DNA of 49,026 nucleotides, taken from contig CAZUHU010000006.1 of the NCBI GenBank assembly GCA_964620645.1, forward strand, positions 1-49,026. Reading direction: 5' to 3'. The translations under genes were made by a program, and so were the position numbers. Below the pieces are notes generated by a model, which saw only the letters and a program-made list of their open reading frames with translations, was not told the DNA's origin and searched no databases. How positions within the stretch are numbered: the stretch's first letter is position 1; every line of letters starts with the position of its first letter. The stretch comes from an uncultured Chitinophaga sp. GTDB taxonomy: Bacteria; Bacteroidota; Bacteroidia; Chitinophagales; LD1. Positions 44,101 through 49,026 of this stretch are shown here, in pieces.

Positions 44101-47100
44101 CACAAAAGCACCTGTGGTTATATATGCCATGCCGTCAAATGCAGTGTTATCGGTCATTTCTAAGGTATATGAACCGCTAACACTTACCTGGAACTGCTGC
44201 GCAACATAGTTACGGTTATAAACCGTGCTGCTGAATGAACAGGTAGTTGAATTTGACATGCTGCCTGTAGGGCGGTTAGCTGTAGGGTCTGTAGCGCCGT
44301 TCCATGCGCTTGATATTGTTAAACCTGAGTTTATAAAACCGCTGCAGGTAGAAGACGTAGAAATTGTTGCTGTTCCACCCGGACATATGCTTGCGCCTGT
44401 AGTAACCGGAGGAGCAGGGTTTACGGTTACTGTTGCTGAACCGGTAGCAGAACAGGTAGTTGCTGTTACGGTAGCAGAAACGGTATATGTAGTGGTTGAA
44501 GATGGACTTACAGATACAGATTGTGTTGAACCCAATGAGTTGCTCCAAGCGTAAGTAGCACCGCTGGCAGGCGAGGCCGCTAAAGTAACAGAACTGCCCG
44601 TGCCGGCACATATGCTTGAAGTTGAAGGGTTAATTGTAACCGTTGGATTAGCATTTTGTATGGCCTGGAAAGGTGCCGTAGTAGCTGAAAGGCCAGATGT
44701 GCTGCAAGTTGACTTTAAACGATAGTAAATGGTATGCGTAATAGCCGGTGACGTGTAATTGGCAGTTGTTGCGCCGCTGCCGCCTACTGCATTTGCCCAG
44801 GCATCGGTAGCACCGTTATCATCACTTTCCTCCCACTGGTAGGTTACACCGGGGGTAGTGCTTAAGCCGGTAGCATTTAAGGTTACTGTTGAAGTTGTAC
44901 CACAGAAGAATTGAGGCGTTGTTTGCGTAATAGTACCCGCATTAGGCGTGCCGCTGCAAGGGCAGGTAACAGTTATAGTACCTGTGGCACTGTTTACTGA
45001 CGATTGGTTATCTACAATAATTAAATAAGTAGTGCCCGCATTAAGCGTAATGGTGTTGCTGAAACCACCGTTATTTATTATACCAAGGCAAGTCCATCCC
45101 GTTGGGCCGCAACCTAAGCTGGCATCTTTATACAAAGTGCTAACGTTTGCTGTGCCGGTTTTAACACCGTCAAATTTATACGAGCCTGTTACGCTTGGTG
45201 TAAAGCTAAAGAATTGCTCAGGGCCTGGCGTTGCATTGCCGCAACTGTTGTTAGGGCTGGTACCCGAGAAGTTGTAGGCAGTGGCGCCTGTTGCACCCGC
45301 AACACTATAATTACCCGCCACGCCACAAGTAAGCGGCGTTGCTGTTGAACAATCTAAAGGCGTGGTAAAGCTTACAACAGTTGAGTTGCTGCTATAATCA
45401 GTACCGCTGCAGTTGTTACGTATGTATGCATAATAAGTAGTGTTAGGCGTAAGGCCGCTTATTGTTATTGGCGAACTGCTTACCGGTGCGGTTACAGTAC
45501 CGGCGCCTGCGGTTGCTCCCGTTCCGGGCGTAAATCCTGAGGTAGTGCTGTATTCAGCAATGAATGTGCCTGTGCAGCTTGTGCAGGTAAATGGCAGTGT
45601 AGCACTGTTAGGCGCAGTAGTTACCGTACCTATAGTTGGCGTTGTGGCGCACACAGGGCTTAAATCAACACTTACATCATCTACAAAAATATACCAAAGG
45701 TTGCTGGCTGATAAACCATGGAAACCTATTGAATAAGCATTGGTAGCTGATGGTGTAAAGTCGGCAGTGATTTTTGTGTAAGGGTTACCGCCTGTTATAC
45801 CAAAAGAAGTGACAATGGTTCCGCTTGTCATTGCAGCAGAAGATGGCGCCGTGCCGTACTTAACTTCCAATTGCTCAGTTAAACCGGTATAGCCTCTGCA
45901 CCAGAAAGTCAGGCGATAGGAAGTTCCCCCGGTTAAGTTTAACTGCGGCAGGAAGAACCAATCGTTCATAGCTGCTGTAGGATTATAACGTATACCCATT
46001 TGGTTGGTACCGCTGTTAGGTGTAACTGCAGTGCTGTTACCCAAAGAGGTGCTTGTGCAGGTTTGCCAGGTGTAGGCATCGGCATTGGTGTTTTCTACAC
46101 CAAAGCAACTTGGCAGAGCAGGTTGCGTTACCCCATCAAAGTTTTGAGAGTATGGTATGTTAAGTGCATTACATGGCGTAGTAAAGCTGGCAACAGGGCT
46201 ATTAGCGCTGTAGCTGCTACCGCTGCAGTTGTTTCTTACATATACATAGTAGGTTGTATTTGGAGAAAGGCCGCTTATGGTAATTGGCGAACTGCTAACC
46301 GGTGTAGTTACCGTACCGCCGCCTGCCGTTGCCCCTGTGCCGGGGGTAAAGCCCGATGTGGTGCTGTATTCAGCAATAAAGTTACCGGTGCAACTGGTAC
46401 AGGTAAATGGTACGCTGGCACTGTTAGGGGTTGTAGTAATGGTGCCAATGGTTGGTGCAGTTAAGCAGGCCGGCGTTAAATCTACGGTTACGTCATCTAC
46501 AAAAATATACCACTGATTGCTGGCCGATAAACCATGGAAACCGATACTGTAGTCATTAGATGAAGATGGAACAAAGTCTGCAGTAATTTTGGTATAAGGG
46601 TTTCCACCTGTTATACCAAAGGAGGTAACAATAGTACCGCTTGTCATTGCTGCCGAGGTTGGCGCAGTACCATACTTAACTTCCAATTGCTCGGTCAGGC
46701 CTGTATAGCCACGGCACCAGAACGTTAAACGGTAAGATGTTCCACCGGTTAAAGTTAACGGAGGCAGGAAGAACCAGTCGTTCATTGCAAGGCTGCTGTT
46801 GTAGCTTATACCCATTTGGTTGGTACCACTGTTAGGCGTTACAGCGGTTGAGTTACCCAATGAAGTAGAAGTGCAGGTTTTCCAGGTATAGGCATCAGCA
46901 TTCGTATTTTCTACGCCGAAACAAGCAGGCAATGCGGGTTGTGTTACACCATCAAAATTCTGGGTATATGGCACGCTTTGCGCTGCACAAGGCGTGGTAA
47001 AGCTGGCTACCGAACTATTGCTGCTCCAGTTGCCTGCGCTACAGTTATTGCGCACATATACATAGTACGTAGTATTGGGCGAAAGGCCGCTAAGCGGTAT

Positions 47101-49026
47101 TGGCGAACTGCTAACTGCTGAAGTAATTGTTCCGCCCCCTGCAGTGGCTCCGGTACCGGGTGTAAAGCCCGATGTAGTGCTGTATTCAGCAATAAAAGTG
47201 CCCGTGCAGCTGGTACATGTAAATGGCACACTGGCACTGGTACTTGTAGTTGATATAGCACCAACGGTAGGCGTTGTTGCACAAACAGGCGTAGGTGCTA
47301 AAGAAATATCATCAAACGAAATATAGTTAGGTGTAAGTGAGTTTACGAATACATGTATCCCAACAACATAGTCTCCTGTAGAAGCCGGTGTAAATGTACC
47401 GGTAACTTTTACAAAACTGCTTGTTGTTCCTACGTTAGCCAGCGAGGTAATAGCCGTGGTCATACCGGCCGGCGTTTGCGATGTGCCATATTTTAGTTCC
47501 GTGGCAAAAGCAGTAGCTCCTGACCCACCGTTGTTATCTGCAATGTAGTAGTAAGTAAAGTCATAACTAACGCCACCGGTTAGTGTCGTAGCCGGGGCAA
47601 ATAACCAGTCATCAGCACTCCATTGCGTATAAATAAACTGGTTGCCGGTGCGTGGCTTACGGTAAGTGGATACAGTTCCTGTAGCAGAAGTCCAATCACC
47701 GGTTTCAGACCAACACGATGGAAGGTAAGTTCCTGTTCCCGCGCCGGAGCCCGGTGTAACACTCTCAAAGCCTTCGCTCCATGGGGCACTTATCGCCGTG
47801 CACGGCGTAGTAAAGGCGCTGGTAGTAGTAGCTAACGTACCGCAGCTTGCGTTGCTGACTGTTATACGTATATCATACAGAGTACTGCCCGTTAAACCTG
47901 TTAAAGTATAAGGGCTGCCTGTAGGGGCAGGAGAAGCTGTTAACCAGGTGCCACTGGCATTGGCCTTATACTCCAACACGTAGCTCGAAGCACCCGCGGG
48001 ATTGGTCCATGTAATGGTAGCCGAAGTTGGGTTTACAGGTGTGCCGGCCAGCGCTGTTGCAGCTGCAGCACAGGTTAATTTACTGGTGGTGTAGGCAGTG
48101 GCAAAATATTTTGGCCCACCTGAACAACCACTGTTATTATAGGAATAAATGAAAATATAGTACAAAGTATTAGCCGTTAGCGACGACATAGTGAACGAAG
48201 TAGAGGCGTTTGATTGAACCACTGTGCCACCACCTAAGGCATTACCGGTGGAATAAGTTGTTCCGTCAACCGGGCCGCTGCTTAAAGTGCTACTGGTGCT
48301 GTAAACTACCAGGTAACCATCAACAGCAGGCGAGGCTGCAGGGAAAGACGTTACCGGAATAGATGTGCTGGTAACCGTACCATAAGTTAACGGGCCGGCT
48401 GTAGTAGCCGAAGGCGTTAAACATGGGTTAGATAAAGTAGTGAACTGTGTAGGGCCGCTCCAGGTGCTTTGCGTACCGCCGCAGTTTGAGCGAATCCATA
48501 CGTAATAAGTAGTAGTTAACGACAAGCCGCTTAAGGCCTGTGTTAAACCGCTTACTGCGCTGAAATTTGGGCTGGTGCCTCCTGTTGGGGCAGTATTAGA
48601 AGTAGAATAGTAAATATCGTAGCCGTTAGATGGTGCTGTGTTGGCAGCGGTCCAGTTTAAAGTAGCAGTGTTTTGGCCTATACCTGAAACAGTAACAGGA
48701 CCCAATGAGAAACATGTTGGTGAAAATTCATCTGCGCCTATATCAATAGTACCTGTGCCGCGTGTTTGGCCATCAATATCAACATAAACGCCTGCGTTAG
48801 AGCCGGCAGTTTTAGCCGGTGAACTGGTGTTGGTTATATGCAGATCGGTAGTAGAAACCAATAAAGGATCAGCCATTAAAGACTGCGCATCTTTAGTGGT
48901 AGCGGTTTGCCATGCAGACAGGTTAGCTCTATCACTACCTAAAAAGCCAAGGAAATAAGGTGCGGTACCGGCTGTTGCACCAACCCAATAAATGTTGTTA
49001 TTAGACTGGGCAAAAGTAACGCCACT
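41116..49026 (-). CDS. Giant T9SS cargo/adhesin-like protein (>2636 aa; 5' end beyond the right window edge)
   Basis: The track starts it at Met 48876, but my translation of 48877-49026 on the reverse strand has no stop (SGVTFAQSNNNIYWVGATAGTAPYFLGFLGSDRANLSAWQTATTKDAQSL-MADP...). The ORF therefore runs off the window. The domain order seen is Fn3-like modules, then three units of jelly-roll (MAM/choice-of-anchor-J-like, from memory) plus Fn3-like. Cys-bracketed Ig-like modules and the ~790-aa module shared with the 815-aa gene follow, then PKD and a type A-like CTD. Confidence 0.9.
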   Translation of the reverse strand, partial: SGVTFAQSNNNIYWVGATAGTAPYFLGFLGSDRANLSAWQTATTKDAQSLMADPLLVSTTDLHITNTSSPAKTAGSNAGVYVDIDGQTRGTGTIDIGADEFSPTCFSLGPVTVSGIGQNTATLNWTAANTAPSNGYDIYYSTSNTAPTGGTSPNFSAVSGLTQALSGLSLTTTYYVWIRSNCGGTQSTWSGPTQFTTLSNPCLTPSATTAGPLTYGTVTSTSIPVTSFPAASPAVDGYLVVYSTSSTLSSGPVDGTTYSTGNALGGGTVVQSNASTSFTMSSLTANTLYYIFIYSYNNSGCSGGPKYFATAYTTSKLTCAAAATALAGTPVNPTSATITWTNPAGASSYVLEYKANASGTWLTASPAPTGSPYTLTGLTGSTLYDIRITVSNASCGTLATTTSAFTTPCTAISAPWSEGFESVTPGSGAGTGTYLPSCWSETGDWTSATGTVSTYRKPRTGNQFIYTQWSADDWLFAPATTLTGGVSYDFTYYYIADNNGGSGATAFATELKYGTSQTPAGMTTAITSLANVGTTSSFVKVTGTFTPASTGDYVVGIHVFVNSLTPNYISFDDISLAPTPVCATTPTVGAISTTSTSASVPFTCTSCTGTFIAEYSTTSGFTPGTGATAGGGTITSAVSSSPIPLSGLSPNTTYYVYVRNNCSAGNWSSNSSVASFTTPCAAQSVPYTQNFDGVTQPALPACFGVENTNADAYTWKTCTSTSLGNSTAVTPNSGTNQMGISYNSSLAMNDWFFLPPLTLTGGTSYRLTFWCRGYTGLTEQLEVKYGTAPTSAAMTSGTIVTSFGITGGNPYTKITADFVPSSSNDYSIGFHGLSASNQWYIFVDDVTVDLTPACLTAPTIGTITTTPNSASVPFTCTSCTGNFIAEYSTTSGFTPGTGATAGGGTVTTPVSSSPITISGLSPNTTYYVYVRNNCSGSSYSANSPVASFTTPCNALNIPYSQNFDGVTQPALPSCFGVENTNADAYTWQTCTSTSLGNSTAVTPNSGTNQMGIRYNPTAAMNDWFFLPQLNLTGGTSYRLTFWCRGYTGLTEQLEVKYGTAPSSAAMTSGTIVTSFGITGGNPYTKITADFTPSATNAYSIGFHGLSASNLWYIFVDDVSVDLSPVCATTPTIGTVTTAPNSATLPFTCTSCTGTFIAEYSTTSGFTPGTGATAGAGTVTAPVSSSPITISGLTPNTTYYAYIRNNCSGTDYSSNSTVVSFTTPLDCSTATPLTCGVAGNYSVAGATGATAYNFSGTSPNNSCGNATPGPEQFFSFTPSVTGSYKFDGVKTGTANVSTLYKDASLGCGPTGWTCLGIINNGGFSNTITLNAGTTYLIIVDNQSSVNSATGTITVTCPCSGTPNAGTITQTTPQFFCGTTSTVTLNATGLSTTPGVTYQWEESDDNGATDAWANAVGGSGATTANYTSPAITHTIYYRLKSTCSTSGLSATTAPFQAIQNANPTVTINPSTSSICAGTGSSVTLAASPASGATYAWSNSLGSTQSVSVSPSSTTTYTVSATVTATTCSATGSATVTVNPAPPVTTGASICPGGTATISTSSTCSGFINSGLTISSAWNGATDPTANRPTGSMSNSTTCSFSSTVYNRNYVAQQFQVSVSGSYTLEMTDNTAFDGMAYITTGAFVPGNCAGGGTWVIGDDDGGAAGNEPLMTVTLNAGTTYTLVSTTYATVSGTYTGPFTWTVTPPSGGQIMLPGTVSMNWYSAAVGGTVVGTGSSINPVSLSLVNPNTPGTTTFYAACSSNSTCRTATNFVVYNPPVLAPTATPATICNGAASTISAGATAGSNPISTYAWSSGIAGNVSGGSVAPTTNSTYNVTVTDNQSCTSTGTVAVNVTTCGANTWLGGTNDWHTAGNWSNGFVPTLCSHDVIVPVTPNNPVLSSAVNVGSVQLQNGTTLTLNANLNVCGNFSGGASTVAQVNGTGRLILSGSGAQQLSGKLEVNTLRLNNAAGASLQAGASVDVFNAVELQTGVLSTGSATLRFRSTSASQIAILDNFSAGFTGSLSGNATAQRFVPVGGTNQHYFGTPVTNATFGQLGATGVAGYVLPTWNCDQTQTAINSPYGTVFQWHDDKPLNAQCLYNGWEVKVSGTTQAGRGYSAFLPNGVFSITGNINQGASYSVNGMNNIGWASNTLQTFGFVPAAYESGWHIVANPYLAPLTLNGHAPDFDAAAIWVTSGPFSGSYQPIPITGGSIAPFQGFIVHRSSSSSVNFTFNKSECTTNAGQTFYKQASQYAMNIQVSGNGFNDITYVEFNSDATNAYDLGYDNRKPLSVLGQPTIFTFNTNNAERLSINVNRTIDETPNVPMNFIPGANGTFTFTASGINSFDPTSYVFLEDKLTGQWIDLRQNPTYTFQSTTADAHERFVLHFTPAAAFSTTDASCATMGQITIEQPGSANWNYTVSNQNNVVIASGTLSQNNSVAVSATSGVYQVTLVDNSGYTVVKNVQINGVQTIAAGMTADKNTAETTEDITFTSTTANATTTEWNFGDGAIATTTTATHQYQSEGVYTVTLTVTNADGCSSTVQQQVTVTAKSATGIDNLDKEAIRMWSNESNIFIDFSKVKQVKAQIDVYNILGQKLMEDTWTKAGIYTKTLSQVDAAYILVHVNNNGKITTQKLFITGTK
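41149..41501 (-). repeat. Near-identical 353-bp tract, copy B (partner at 34409-34761)
   Basis: See copy A. There is 1 mismatch in 353 nt, and both copies are in the same orientation (direct repeats). Confidence 0.9.
45359..47803 (-). repeat. In-frame tandem array of three units (816, 816 and 813 bp) inside the giant gene
   Basis: The anchor GGCGT(G/A)GTAAAG recurs at 45359, 46175, 46991 and 47804. The shadow + strand ORFs containing IGELLT recur at 45467, 46283 and 47099, also a period of 816. Each unit encodes about 272 aa (jelly-roll-like module plus Fn3-like module ending in FTTP). Confidence 0.9.

Noticed and set aside
45440-47326. Recurrent + strand ORFs (45440-45736, 46277-46516, 47075-47326, 46000-46464) that look like a repeated small-protein family
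   Set aside because: They are shadow frames of the 816-bp coding tandem repeats on the reverse strand. They were useful only for measuring the period.
45359-47803. Regular repeats that could superficially suggest a CRISPR array or satellite
   Set aside because: The period is 816 bp with no short repeat/spacer alternation, and the array is fully in-frame protein-coding sequence. I saw no CRISPR-like arrays elsewhere in the window.

Overview
This 49-kb segment reads as a Bacteroidota chromosome. Eight ORFs end in T9SS C-terminal sorting domains (seven type A-like, one type B gliding-type), SprB-type repeats are present, and TAnnTTTG-like -7 boxes sit upstream of genes. I found no rRNA, CRISPR array, transposase or integrase. 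All family names come from motifs I recognised by eye or from memory; no database was searched.

Layout:
- 0-21 kb: mostly housekeeping genes (edge-truncated proline dehydrogenase, rmuC, aroE, DedA, TPR protein, M1 peptidase, LD-carboxypeptidase, metG), interleaved with secreted or outer-membrane proteins. One of these is a 1624-aa type-B T9SS repeat protein.
- 21.0 kb: tRNA-Arg(CCT), followed by about 8 kb of small genes in mixed orientation. These include an orphan ORF, a DUF1826-like ORF, a SET-domain methyltransferase, DUF2200, DUF1801, an RibD_C/DHFR-like gene, Crp, DinB, DUF4256 and YdeI. An HMA-AraC regulator lies next to a 48-codon metallothionein-like ORF with 12 Cys.
- 28.7-49 kb: a membrane-less TPR histidine kinase, a LytTR regulator and YdeI form one operon. 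It is divergent from a 17-kb block of four T9SS cargo genes plus one cytoplasmic helical orphan.

Most notable observations:
1. A LytTR-type direct repeat (ACCATTCAT-N12-ACCGTTCAT) lies in the divergent region between the two-component operon and the first cargo gene.
2. An 815-aa cargo gene is a stand-alone paralogue of the C-terminal ~790 aa of a >2636-aa giant cargo gene. A 353-bp tract in their 3' ends differs at 1 nt, although both flanks are diverged, which looks like gene conversion. The two tracts are direct repeats bracketing a 6.74-kb segment.
3. The giant gene contains a 3 x ~816-bp in-frame tandem array whose copies have diverged mostly at synonymous sites.
4. The regulator plus Cys-rich mini-ORF pair has its own -7 box and terminator.
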